Shown here piece by piece: positions 34,455 through 44,754 of a stretch of 64,000 bases of DNA. Under the pieces are notes generated by a model that saw only the letters and a list, made by a program, of their open reading frames with translations, ran no database searches and was not told where the DNA came from. Numbering within the stretch: the stretch's first letter is position 1; every line of letters begins with the position of its first letter. The DNA is from Porphyridium purpureum (Eukaryota): positions 186,001 through 250,000 of the forward strand of contig VRMN01000003.1 of assembly GCA_008690995.1 (NCBI GenBank), read 5' to 3'. Both the position numbers and the translations under genes were made by a program.

Positions 34455-36230
34455 ATGGTGGAACGACGCGTGGGAAGAATGGCGCGACAATGGCGGGTCG
34501 CGCTTGCGCTGTCAGTGGTGTTGGTGGTGACGGTTGCGCTGCGTCGAGTGGGGACCGCACACGGACAGAACGACTCGCCCGTCGTTGGACTGAAGATTAC
34601 GGTCGGGCCAGAGGTTTCCGACAAGCTGGCGCTGGACGCGGCAGAAGTTTTGCGGGATGGGCAGGTCCTGGGAAAGTGGAAGGCATGCGATGAGTTGATG
34701 ATGTCGAGGGCGGGCGTGGACCCCAACTCGGCAGAGGCACAGGCGGCGTGCGTCGTGCTCGATGGCTACGTCGGCCGGCTTGTGTTGGAGTTTGAGTATG
34801 TGCAGAGCGTCATGATCTTTATGGAGCCAGATCTGACGACGACAAACTCAAAAGTAGATCCACAGATCCAGTACTTTGACAACGACCAGGATGAGCGCGC
34901 TGGGGAATTCGCGGTCGTCTTTGACTGCTCGCGCGGTGCGCGGCAATCCTCCTTCATCCGCGTCATAGCGGACGACTTTGACATTGGAGCCGAAGATGAC
35001 ATGTGGGACGACGATGAGGACGGGATTGCTGACGCACCAGCAGATGAAAAGAAAGTTGTGAAATCATACTCTTTTGCGTTTGTGAAGACATGTGGCTCGG
35101 GCGCGGTGCCAGGCGTTTTGATTTCGCATCTCGATCTGGAGACAAAGGAAAAGACCAAGTTTCCTTCTGGCTTGGTCGTACCAGTTGACATTATGGTGAC
35201 GCACTTTACACTCGACCTGGAGGACCCAACGCGGTTTTTTGCCATGCAGAAGCCAGTGCTTGAATCGTTGGATCCGCGCAAGCTGAAGGTCTCTCTTCAG
35301 GGAAACCTGGCGTACGGCGGTAACGTGGTGTGGATGGAGCAGGGTGATATTGGTGTGTTCTACCAGTGTGAGGAAGAGGGTATTTTTGATGTCCATCTGT
35401 CAATCCCTTGCCCGCCTTTCGACACCATCAAGCTCAACTGGAAGAAGAACTGCCCCCCTCGCAAGTCCTTCGACAGTGAAGAGGGTTTTGTGAATGACTT
35501 TGATCCCGCAGATGTTAAAGATCAGGAAGAGGAGGAAGCGGATGGTGAGGCGCTTGGTGGCGACGGCGCACAGCCTGCAAGGGAGCCGCGGGAACAGGAT
35601 CGCGTGGACAGTTCTCGTGCCGACGCAGTGATTCCCATGATCGATCGAATTATGGTAGGCTTGAATGGGCAACATGATCCGAACGTGTTTGCCGCGGGTG
35701 TAGCCGCACCTGGCTTTGCGGTTGACACGGAGAAGCTTGACAAGGCAGACTCAGGTGCGCTTTATCGTCTCCCGGTATCTGTGTCTGAAATTGAATTTGT
35801 GATCTGGAACGCGGACTCAGCACAGCGCCTCGCGTACAATGCGATAGAGATTGTGCCCGCTAAGCCAGATATTGTACGTGGTTTTGTGCAACCCAGCGGA
35901 ACATCTCTATTCGACAAGTACCTTGCGGCTAACCACGCGGACTCCATTCCGAGCGACGGTGCTCGCCTTGCTTTAATGCTCGTGTGTCGCGATAAGGGCG
36001 AAAGCGTCGTGGCGGTTAGCGTGCTGTTGAAGACGATGAAGCGTGTAGAATTTGGAATCATCAAGGAATGTGCGGCGCCTCGTAGGATAAAGCGCAGACG
36101 CGCGTCTGCAGCTGTGCTCATGAATGTGGTGCTTGTCGTCTTGGGATTCGCCGCCGGATTCTACATGCTCCATGTCATCCGGCAGACAGGTAGCATCAGG
36201 AGAGAATACCAGAAGCACCGCATTCACTAG
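34455..36230 (+). CDS. Type I membrane protein with three Cys-paired extracellular modules, unknown function
   Basis: Signal peptide, C-terminal TM (VLMNVVLVVLGFAAGFYMLHVI), and three F/Y-x-C...K-x-C units. Confidence 0.75.
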   Translation: MVERRVGRMARQWRVALALSVVLVVTVALRRVGTAHGQNDSPVVGLKITVGPEVSDKLALDAAEVLRDGQVLGKWKACDELMMSRAGVDPNSAEAQAACVVLDGYVGRLVLEFEYVQSVMIFMEPDLTTTNSKVDPQIQYFDNDQDERAGEFAVVFDCSRGARQSSFIRVIADDFDIGAEDDMWDDDEDGIADAPADEKKVVKSYSFAFVKTCGSGAVPGVLISHLDLETKEKTKFPSGLVVPVDIMVTHFTLDLEDPTRFFAMQKPVLESLDPRKLKVSLQGNLAYGGNVVWMEQGDIGVFYQCEEEGIFDVHLSIPCPPFDTIKLNWKKNCPPRKSFDSEEGFVNDFDPADVKDQEEEEADGEALGGDGAQPAREPREQDRVDSSRADAVIPMIDRIMVGLNGQHDPNVFAAGVAAPGFAVDTEKLDKADSGALYRLPVSVSEIEFVIWNADSAQRLAYNAIEIVPAKPDIVRGFVQPSGTSLFDKYLAANHADSIPSDGARLALMLVCRDKGESVVAVSVLLKTMKRVEFGIIKECAAPRRIKRRRASAAVLMNVVLVVLGFAAGFYMLHVIRQTGSIRREYQKHRIH

Positions 36231-36457
36231 TATTCTGGAAACGATATGCTTTTCCGTCTCGAGTTTATTTGGCCGTGCGATGTGTTCGCGCTACGCTTTG
36301 TGCGCAGTCGTCGGTACTCGGAAGGGCTTCGAAGTTCGATTCTTGACAGTGAATGAGTGGTAAATGACTACTCCCATTTTCAGGCGTGTTTTCATTTTGT
36401 GCAACGACGCACAATACCGTCATGTATAAAAGCCATTGTTTACGGGAGAAAATGGAT

Positions 36458-37762
36458 CTAGATGGTGCTGTGCGCACCGCGAATAACCATTTCCATGATC
36501 TTCCACCCCTTGCGTCGCTCTTGCTTTGTGTCCTCCGCTGTCGACTCGGACTCGCTCTCTTTCTTTGCCTGCGGATCCTCGGTGGCGCTCGCTCCCGCAC
36601 TATTTGAGCTCTCTTCGGATGCACCTTCAGTCTCCTTCCCTGTGTCGCGCGGCGCCGCTCCGCCCGCCGCTTCTTCCTTTCCAGCCGTACTATCACCAAA
36701 AAGTTCTTCGTCCAAATCGTGGTCCTGGATCATCGCCCACAAATAGTACACTGCGCGAATGTCGTCTTCCTTGCCTTCGATAATATTGCCGGATCGATCA
36801 CGTAGGCAATTGATCTGCTGCACAGAGAAGGACACGATGAGGACGGGTAAATCGTCCAAGAACCGCGCGGCAGTCAGCGAGACGTCATCTACGCTGAGAA
36901 TGGTTGGGTCGATTTCGATACCTTCGACTTTCCGCTCTTTGATCGAAGCCAGCAACATGCGGTATGCATCTTCTGTGGTGTTCTCCTTGAGAACCGCCTC
37001 GTCGCACCGCAGATAGGCATCCATCACTCTTGGGATGGTCTCATGTTCCACTTCGCGCAAAAAGTCTGAGATGCGGAAGTTAGGGTGGGAAACTCGGATT
37101 TCGCGGATTACCTGTCCCATTTCGTTCTCGGCAAAGAAACGATCGTAGACGTTTCGGAAAAAGTTAATGATCGGGTTATCTGATTCCTCGACTCGCTCAG
37201 ATATCCTCTCCTTCGCGTCCAGCGCGCCCTTTATGAACGCGCTCCCGCCAAAGCGTGAGAAGAGCCGGTCACGAATGGAGGTGCCATCCCCAGCCGAAGC
37301 GCCTTCCTCCTCATCCGCGCGACGCCGCCTCCGCGTGGCAACCAGCTCGCTACGATGCGGCTCAATGTGCACACCAGCTTTGCGAGCCTCAGAAATGTAC
37401 TCGTCCTCCGCAGCGGTCTCCGATCCACCCATCAGCCCGCGCACAAATCCACCGACCACGCCTCGTTTCTTTGGTGCCCCGCCTTCTGCGTCATCCTCTG
37501 GATCTGTGCCGGGCTGGTGAACTACACTACCAGCACTTGCTTCCGCAGAGCTGCTGCTCGAACTCGATCCAGCCTTTGTTCCCTCGACTGTTTCCTTTTC
37601 CCTGCCAGGTGCACTGCATACAAAGCGACACCGCGGCGTCCATGAATACGGCGATGCGAATTCAGAGAGTACTTCATGCGTAGGCTTCGATACCGAGCGT
37701 GAGCGCAGAGTCGAAAGATGCCGTGTGCATCCGCACAGCGTACGTACAGACCGCAGCATCAT
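36458..37762 (-). CDS. TIM44: Mitochondrial import inner membrane translocase subunit TIM44
   Basis: Arg/Ser-rich presequence; EESDNPII...FAENEMGQVIREI...P.F....FL...VSFSVQQINCLRDRSGNIIEG..DDI..VYYLWAM. Confidence 0.88.
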   Translation of the reverse strand: MMLRSVRTLCGCTRHLSTLRSRSVSKPTHEVLSEFASPYSWTPRCRFVCSAPGREKETVEGTKAGSSSSSSSAEASAGSVVHQPGTDPEDDAEGGAPKKRGVVGGFVRGLMGGSETAAEDEYISEARKAGVHIEPHRSELVATRRRRRADEEEGASAGDGTSIRDRLFSRFGGSAFIKGALDAKERISERVEESDNPIINFFRNVYDRFFAENEMGQVIREIRVSHPNFRISDFLREVEHETIPRVMDAYLRCDEAVLKENTTEDAYRMLLASIKERKVEGIEIDPTILSVDDVSLTAARFLDDLPVLIVSFSVQQINCLRDRSGNIIEGKEDDIRAVYYLWAMIQDHDLDEELFGDSTAGKEEAAGGAAPRDTGKETEGASEESSNSAGASATEDPQAKKESESESTAEDTKQERRKGWKIMEMVIRGAHSTI

Positions 37763-38012
37763 CTCGCTCTGATCATTCGCAATAGCCTGTCGTCTTCTCC
37801 TCTTGCGCGTGGCGAGCACCTCCACCGCACGAGACGGCGGGCGGCAACTAACTGTACATATGTAGTGTACCTTATGACCGTGAATGTGACGCATGTCATT
37901 TGGGCAACACCGTTTTTCAAACCAAAACCGCTTATCGTTTATGTATGAGATTAGAGGGCATCCGGTCGTCACATGCGGCACAAGCGCTCGTTGACTGGCG
38001 TTGCGGGGAACG

Positions 38013-39017
38013 TTACATGGTGGTCTGCGAGGGACAAGTCGCATGAGTCCGCTCCCACCAGTTGGCCGACGACGCAATGGACACATTCGGTGCCGGCGCA
38101 CTGGCTTCATCGGTCGCTCGAAACAGCTGCATTTCAGAGCACACGGCCGCGTAGCACTCTTCGCCGAGAAGCGGCTTTAGAATCTCCGCTGCCTCGCTGG
38201 CGGAAATCATAGTAATCTTTGACCTCGTTCGTTCGTCCAGCCACGGCGCCACCAGCTTCCAAAGATGGAAAAAGAGTCGCGGCGGGCTAATCAGGATGGC
38301 CTGGCGAAGTCTTTCCGGGTAGTTGTCCAAAAACGTCATCACTGTCCGTTGCGCGTTTCGTGGGTTTAAATCTGCCACGCCAAATCCTTCAAAATCACAC
38401 ACCCATATGAAACTGTGTGGGTTCGGCTCGGTTCGGCTCTCCTGAAAGCAATGCTCCATCATCCACACAAAGTGACGCTCATTGTCCTCTGGAGATCGGT
38501 TCTCGACGTCTGTGAACTGACTGTAGAACACGGGCTCGTGCCGCTCCCCGACACGTCCCAACACCCTCAGCGCGTGACCTCGCGGATTCTCGCGACACAC
38601 CTCGCACCTCCACCGTTCTGGACGCTTCTCAAGGCGCCAATCAATCGACGTTCGCAACATATTCTCTGCCTTGTCCAAGTCCAAATCCCTTGCGCGTAGG
38701 AAGCGTACGTACGTCGCATCGCTGAGAAAAGATTCCAATGCAGCGGCTTGTTCTCCGTCCATGCGACCACTACCTTCTCCGGCGACCTGGCCGCCATTTT
38801 CACTGGCGGAAGCGCATGTGGTCGCCGGCGCCGTGCCGCTTGAAGTTCGCACAAGCCCAAGAGATGCAAATAGGCTCTTGTTCTTCGAAAGTTTTTGGCC
38901 ATCACATTTCACCTGCCGCTCGCACAAAATCGTGCCGTCTGGGCTGCACTCGAAGCTTTGCATAATACGGTCGCGCAGCTGAGCTACAAGCTTCAGTTCT
39001 GTTTCGGAGACGCTCAT
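38013..39017 (-). CDS. CRAL-TRIO/Sec14-family lipid-binding protein
   Basis: SDATYVRFLRARDLDLDKAENML....WR; DFEGF; DNYPERL...PPRLF...WKLVAPWLDERTRSKI. Confidence 0.9.
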   Translation of the reverse strand: MSVSETELKLVAQLRDRIMQSFECSPDGTILCERQVKCDGQKLSKNKSLFASLGLVRTSSGTAPATTCASASENGGQVAGEGSGRMDGEQAAALESFLSDATYVRFLRARDLDLDKAENMLRTSIDWRLEKRPERWRCEVCRENPRGHALRVLGRVGERHEPVFYSQFTDVENRSPEDNERHFVWMMEHCFQESRTEPNPHSFIWVCDFEGFGVADLNPRNAQRTVMTFLDNYPERLRQAILISPPRLFFHLWKLVAPWLDERTRSKITMISASEAAEILKPLLGEECYAAVCSEMQLFRATDEASAPAPNVSIASSANWWERTHATCPSQTTM

Positions 39018-39391
39018 CGTTGTAAATGCGTTTCAGCTGATGTCTTGCTGGGTTGGGAAATAACTCAACTGCAGCGGCGAGCGCTACTAAGCCCACCTTC
39101 CTTCGCGGGCTTGCAACTGTGCGAAGAGTCCGAGTGCGCTGCTCAGCAACTAAAAGATGGCGCAACCCAATTCATGTTCCCCCTCTTCTCGATACCGCAT
39201 GTCCGCAAACCATGAGCTCCAGTCAAGAATCATGAGCCATAAAACTAGGGTCGGTTTAACGGTTTAGAGCTTTAATCAGACAATGGAGTCGATAAACCAA
39301 TAGCCTCCAGAGGTGACAGCCATTCATCAGACGCGGCACCAGCGCGGAACAGGGACACCTCCATGCTAACCCATGGTTCTTCACGCTACCG

Positions 39392-39619
39392 CTAATACTT
39401 CCCCAGCTCGCGACGGAATAAGAGGATGTGTGGCTCTGGCTTATGTATGGCGTAGTGGACCCACCCGCGCGACTGTTGCACGCCGAGGTTGCGCCACTCC
39501 TGCTCTGTGAGCAACCGGTCTTTGGGAATTAGCTTCGCAATGTCGTCGGGAAGAATCACGTGGCGGTACTCAAACTGCTCATCCGAGTACTTTTCTGAAT
39601 ACTGAATCTGCTGCAACAT
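39392..39619 (-). CDS. CKS1: Cyclin-dependent kinase regulatory subunit
   Basis: [20 protein letters not shown]...[30 protein letters not shown]. Confidence 0.96.
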   Translation of the reverse strand: MLQQIQYSEKYSDEQFEYRHVILPDDIAKLIPKDRLLTEQEWRNLGVQQSRGWVHYAIHKPEPHILLFRRELGKY

Positions 39620-40138
39620 CGTTCGAGCCCCCAAATGTTCTTGACTTCCCTATCTGAGCGCCCAGTCCCGGATTCGTGGTCGCCGTCTTGTACACCAACG
39701 CCACGCGCGATTCGACTTAAGAGCAAATGTGTACGTCCCGCTCCGTCGCAATGATCCGCCCACTACACGCGAATTCCTTTTCCGGCTGTGTCTTTCTTCC
39801 TTTCTCCTTCTATCCGTCTCCCGTTGGTTTCCTCGCCAGACTTATCCGCACATACCCAATCGTCTAGCTAGTCAGCCAGCCAATCTGTTATCACCGAGTC
39901 CACCGAAGAGCGGCGCAAGTTCAAAATTCGAAAAAAACGAAACAATGGAAAATGATCAGACGGCGTCAAGCGATCAGAGACCGCGGTACATTCGAGAAGA
40001 AAGAAGAACTGTACCTCAAACCGAACTGTACCCGAAGCCATTCGAAGTGTACACCGGCCGGCTCGATCATTTGGGAGCTCGTGGTCCCGCGCGTACCGTT
40101 CCGATTGGCCGCGGACGACGGGACTTGCACAGGACGCA

Positions 40139-41269
40139 ATGGCGCTGCGCACCGCGGCGTTCGTTTCGGCTGTCGCGTCCGGCAAGATTGTGGCTGATGG
40201 GATAGGGCGTGTGCCGATTTACATTCAATATGCCCATTGCCCTCATTCGCGCACGCGAAAAGTGCTCGCACTGTCCATGTCAATAATACCTCAGTCCAGC
40301 CGGCCTCACCGCGCAGCTTTGATGGCAAGGCTACGAAGAGCATTTTTGGGCATAGTGCTCGCTACTTTAGGCGCGTCGGCGGGACTGTTCGTTCCAAGCA
40401 GGCTGCAAGTACCGGACTTCAGCAGAGTGCTGCTGCTGGTGCGCCACAATCCGGCACCAGCGCCGCTGAGGCAATGCGCAGCTGGAACGAAGGTTTCGAG
40501 TGGGAGCAAGTTTCTTCGATTGTTTGTGCGCGATGCATCCGCAGCATCGAAAGAACAGCAGCAGTATCTTCATGAGCACGGGACGCATGAGTGCGACTCA
40601 GGAGGCAGCTTTCGACGCAATGTCGGTGGTTCCGCGTCGCCCCCTCAGGGCGTAGCCATGAACAAGCGTTCACGGGACGCCGAGCTCTCGTTTCCAATCC
40701 CGCTGTCAGGAAAGCAGCAGCTGATTGTGCTGTGGCGCCTTTTCCTGAGCATGGTCAGCGGTGCTGCAATTGGCTGGGAACGGCGCACGGCACGAGCCAC
40801 GGCGGGTGTTCGAACGCTCACGTTGGTGTCCTTGGGCTCGGCCATTTTCACTTTAACGACAATGATGACACCCAGTGGGGATGCCGCGCGCACAGCGGCG
40901 CAAGTGTCGGCCGGGGTCGGCTTCATCGGTGCCGGCTGCATTCGCTCTGGCGGGGACCAGGCGTACAAGGTTAAGCGAGGGCTCACTACCGCTGCTTCAA
41001 TTTGGCTTGCTGCGGCCGTCGGCGTGGCCCAGGCCTTTGGGCTCTGGAAGCTTGGCCTACTGGGTGCATTTCTTACCATTGCCACATTGCGACTTGGTGC
41101 CGTCACACTTGTGCTCGATGAAAAAGGGAAAGGGCCCAATGAACGGCTTCCACTGTGGACGCCAATTAGGCTGAAGCCGCGCAAAGTCCAGAATATACCG
41201 GGCTCCTCCGATCCGGACCAGCAGCTCAGCGATACCGAGGACAAGGACATATCCAATGCATTCGACTGA
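40139..41269 (+). CDS. MgtC/SapB-family membrane protein with N-terminal targeting extension
   Basis: GAAIGWER...AGVRTLTLVSLGSAIFT, DAARTAAQVSAGVGFIGAGCI, GLTTAASIWLAAAVG. Confidence 0.85.
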   Translation: MALRTAAFVSAVASGKIVADGIGRVPIYIQYAHCPHSRTRKVLALSMSIIPQSSRPHRAALMARLRRAFLGIVLATLGASAGLFVPSRLQVPDFSRVLLLVRHNPAPAPLRQCAAGTKVSSGSKFLRLFVRDASAASKEQQQYLHEHGTHECDSGGSFRRNVGGSASPPQGVAMNKRSRDAELSFPIPLSGKQQLIVLWRLFLSMVSGAAIGWERRTARATAGVRTLTLVSLGSAIFTLTTMMTPSGDAARTAAQVSAGVGFIGAGCIRSGGDQAYKVKRGLTTAASIWLAAAVGVAQAFGLWKLGLLGAFLTIATLRLGAVTLVLDEKGKGPNERLPLWTPIRLKPRKVQNIPGSSDPDQQLSDTEDKDISNAFD

Positions 41270-41541
41270 AGGCGGCTGCGTGATTGCACCCCAGTGCAGC
41301 GTGAATGGGTGGCTGAGGTTGGAAGCGCACGCAGAGTGCATGGTACTTTGGACAGGCGGGTCAAGATTTTTGAAAGCAGGTTTTCTTATGCACAGCAGCA
41401 AAGTTATCATGGCATGGGATCATACTGGGAAAAAGAAAACAAGCAACATTACAAAGGAGGTAGGCCGGCATGGACAAGTGTTTCTTTCTCAAATTTCGAC
41501 TGCATCCTGGCTCGGCCAAGTGCGTGGATAAGAGCGCTCCT

Positions 41542-43554
41542 CTAGGCACTGCTAAGCGACTGGCGGATTTCCTGCATCATGCTCATTGCTTCTGCGGTAT
41601 AATTAAGAGGTTTTGCATCCAAAACCGTGAACCGCATTCGATTTTCCTCCTTGTACAATTCGTTCTTCACGCGCACGCGCATGGCAAGAAGCTTTTTGCT
41701 GGCACCTTGCAAGAGTTCGAGGTACTCGGGCTCGGACATCTCACGCTTCTCTTGCAGCTGACCGGCAGAAATACCAAGCACGTGTTGACCAACATCGTCA
41801 AAGATGCTGACATACTGCTGACCTGACTCATCCGCCACCGCCGCGTTCAGCACATAGCGGTACTGGGGCTTTTCGTACGACTTGTTGCATGCTTCGCAAG
41901 ACCATTGGGCCTCTGTCAATTCCGTCAGCTTCTTCTTGTCCACCGGACACGAGGCGTACCACGGTCCGGCCCCGTCGCGGAGCTGGATGGTCATGACCCG
42001 TGCACGACAACTGAAAATCAGTGGCTTTGTCGGGTTCGTGTCAAGAAGAGTCGTTGCTTCGTCTTTGATGCTCTGCAAAGTTCGGCGCTCGCGCGAGATG
42101 CCGCCTGCACCGCCCGGTGTGCCCTGCGTGCCCGCCGCGCCGCCCACGGGGGTGAACTCCAGCACATCTGTACCGCCAACCTGTTCGGCTTTGCCGTCAT
42201 ACCACTTGCGCAGCTCAACGGCTCGTGGAAGGTCAGGGCTGATCTCGAAAGACGACGTGCGTCCAGCGTCCAGCGAAACGCCTCCGTACTCACCGCGACG
42301 CACTCCGCGGCAAAGCATGACGGGATGACCTTCAGCGGACTCAATCAGTTCGATGCCATCGCGCCACAGTGTCACGGATACTTGGCATCCAGACTCGTCC
42401 ACCAGCATCACCGTGCGCTTGCTGAACTGCTCGCCCGTTTTCTGCGAAGTGAGCTCGACCACTGGTTCCACCTGCTGCACAATACCCATTACATCGCAAT
42501 ACTTGCCGGCTTCGATGTCCTGCAACTTGTCAATGCGCACGAGATTCAGCCGCACCTTTGGCTTGACCTCTGCGTGCGGAAGCACTTTGAGCTTGGAGCG
42601 TGCGGTCAGGGTCATTTCGTAGTTGGAGTCCGTGTTTTGATTGTACTTTGGGTTCGACGGCCTAAGCTGAGCCTGCGTAATCGCAACGGTCTGGCCCGGC
42701 ACCAGCATGGCGTCCATAGCTTCCGCAACTTCGTTGAACGCGGACACGCGAATCGACCCGGACGCGTCCGCGATTGCAAACGACATGACGCACCCTTCGC
42801 CCCTCGCATTCTGATACCGACGTGGCTCGCTCTTACTCAGGACTTGCCCGCGTACGACCCAGTGGCTGGTGTACGGGTTTAACGAGGATATTGGGCGGAA
42901 TCCATTTTCGTCTACAGGCAGCTGCAGCTCGCTCTCACCAAAGGTCATCTGTTGCGGCGCGAGAGCGCGGACTACCGCACCCGAACCCATTGACTTCCAG
43001 CTGGGCTTCGCTTGCAGGTGCTCAGGTGTGATCGGTGAGTCTCTGTGCGGAGCACCCTCTGCCTTCTTAGCATCGGGCGTGGCCGCAGTGTTCTCGCCCA
43101 ACTTGGCGTCGAATCCTGTCGCCACAATATCCAACCCTGCCAGCAGCAAGAACTTCTTACCCGACGCGTCACCCATGTTCATGCTGTAGTTCACCAGCTT
43201 GACCACGTCAAAGCACTTGAGCATCTTACGCTGCGCGACCGGCGTCGCTTTTTCATCGTCGTTATCGTGGTCCTCGTGCGGGCGCTTGCCCAACAGCAGC
43301 GGGCCCGTGGGCGGTGTGATCTCTTCGTACACGAGATGCAGCAGCTGCGACTGCATCAAGCCCGTCATTGTAGCCCCTGCGCTGTCGCCCATCACCAGCC
43401 GCGCCGTCCGTTTGCTCCCGTCCTTGCTCATACCCGTGATGATCTCACGCACCTGCAAGCATATGGGCTCGACATCCGGAAACACGCGCTCCAAATGAGC
43501 CAAGCTCCCAAGTGCCGGCGCCACCGGCGCAGCGGCCTGCACAATTCCCTCCAT
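41542..43554 (-). CDS. RPA1: Replication protein A 70 kDa subunit
   Basis: PISSLNPYTSHWVVRGQV OB fold, CDVMGIV...LVDESG...VTLW, Zn-finger region WYASCP...WSCEACNK...YRYVL. Confidence 0.93.
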   Translation of the reverse strand: MEGIVQAAAPVAPALGSLAHLERVFPDVEPICLQVREIITGMSKDGSKRTARLVMGDSAGATMTGLMQSQLLHLVYEEITPPTGPLLLGKRPHEDHDNDDEKATPVAQRKMLKCFDVVKLVNYSMNMGDASGKKFLLLAGLDIVATGFDAKLGENTAATPDAKKAEGAPHRDSPITPEHLQAKPSWKSMGSGAVVRALAPQQMTFGESELQLPVDENGFRPISSLNPYTSHWVVRGQVLSKSEPRRYQNARGEGCVMSFAIADASGSIRVSAFNEVAEAMDAMLVPGQTVAITQAQLRPSNPKYNQNTDSNYEMTLTARSKLKVLPHAEVKPKVRLNLVRIDKLQDIEAGKYCDVMGIVQQVEPVVELTSQKTGEQFSKRTVMLVDESGCQVSVTLWRDGIELIESAEGHPVMLCRGVRRGEYGGVSLDAGRTSSFEISPDLPRAVELRKWYDGKAEQVGGTDVLEFTPVGGAAGTQGTPGGAGGISRERRTLQSIKDEATTLLDTNPTKPLIFSCRARVMTIQLRDGAGPWYASCPVDKKKLTELTEAQWSCEACNKSYEKPQYRYVLNAAVADESGQQYVSIFDDVGQHVLGISAGQLQEKREMSEPEYLELLQGASKKLLAMRVRVKNELYKEENRMRFTVLDAKPLNYTAEAMSMMQEIRQSLSSA

Positions 43555-43865
43555 CCCTTCCAATCGACCCCTCAGACTGCTCGCCGCCGAGCCTGGCACG
43601 CACCGCCTAGCTCTCGTCCGACCACCCGCCTGGCTGTGCACAGCACATGCACCACATCCAACGCGACGGCGCGGGAATGCACTTCTCGCCGACCTTGCAC
43701 CCACCTATCTCCGTTTCCTTCGCAGCTCCCCCACCCGAACACACACCAGCTGTGCATGCCTCTCCACAGCGCGCACACGTCCTTCTTCTCCACTCTTGTG
43801 CGCCCGACGCGCGCAACACACACGCACGCGCGTTCCGTTTTCGGCGCACGCAGCGCTCCAACCCG

Positions 43866-43877
43866 TTCGCGCCAAAA
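43866..43877 (-). promoter_or_regulatory. Putative E2F/DP site upstream of RPA1
   Basis: TTTTGGCGCGAA on the gene strand, about 310 bp upstream of the ATG. Confidence 0.5.
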
Positions 43878-44128
43878 TGCTGTTCACGCGGTACAGTCCG
43901 TCCAGCCCTTCCGTTCAAACCGGAACAACAAGAATCGACGCGCAAACTACCGGGCTGTACGCCGCGAGCTGTACCGCCAGTGTACACCCGCCTTGTGTGT
44001 TGCGCAGCGAGAAGGGTTTTCGTTTCTACCTGGATGCGTGCGTGAGATGATTTTTTAATTTCGCTCTGCTTGCTATGCGTATCACGAAGCGAGCAACCAA
44101 GCGATCAAGGCGTCTGGTTTATGTTTGT

Positions 44129-44148
44129 TGTGTGTGTGTGTGTGTGTG
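44129..44148. repeat. (TG)10 microsatellite
   Basis: Read directly from the sequence. Confidence 0.85.
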
Positions 44149-44366
44149 AGGAGCAGCATCTATCAAGATGCACAGGTTCAAAGTTGCTAGTGTACCACAG
44201 TGGGTCATCATGATCAACAGCCGCGCGCCACCGTGCGCCGTGAGAGGGGTTTTTTCTTTCTGTCCGTCCCTGTTCGTAGGCCTAGCCAGTAAGTGTTAGG
44301 AGTGGTTGTGGCTATGGTCTCGTTGTATGTCAGTACAGCGTGTAAGAGCGCACAAACACACAAACT

Positions 44367-44402
44367 CACACACACACACACACACACGCACGCACGCACG
44401 CA
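44367..44402. repeat. (CA)10 plus (CGCA)4 microsatellite
   Basis: Read directly from the sequence. Confidence 0.85.
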
Positions 44403-44754
44403 GCCGCAGCGAACGCGCGACCAGTTCCGCCGCTGAGTGTAGGTGCTGTGACGGTGTGTGTTGTGTGGGTTGTATGGTGAGGAGGAAGACGCACGAGATA
44501 GAAGAAGGCGGAGGGGAGGAGAGGAGGGGGGGGAAGGGGAGGAACGGACGTGCGAGGGTTGTGAGGAGGGCGAGGGATTCGGGCGCGATCGGAAGTCCGC
44601 TGGAGCTGTGCACTGGCGCCGGCAAGGGAGATAAAGTGAGCGCGTGTCTGGCGTTCACGTCGGGCCGCACGAGTAAGCCGGGTTGAGAACGACGCCCGCA
44701 AGGTAGCGCCCAGAGGGTCTTGGCGCGCATGCGCGGCCGGGTTGGTGCGCAAAC

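Noticed and set aside
44129..44402. (TG)10 and (CA)10 as an inverted-repeat element
   Set aside because: Simple microsatellites; no TSD or further complementarity.
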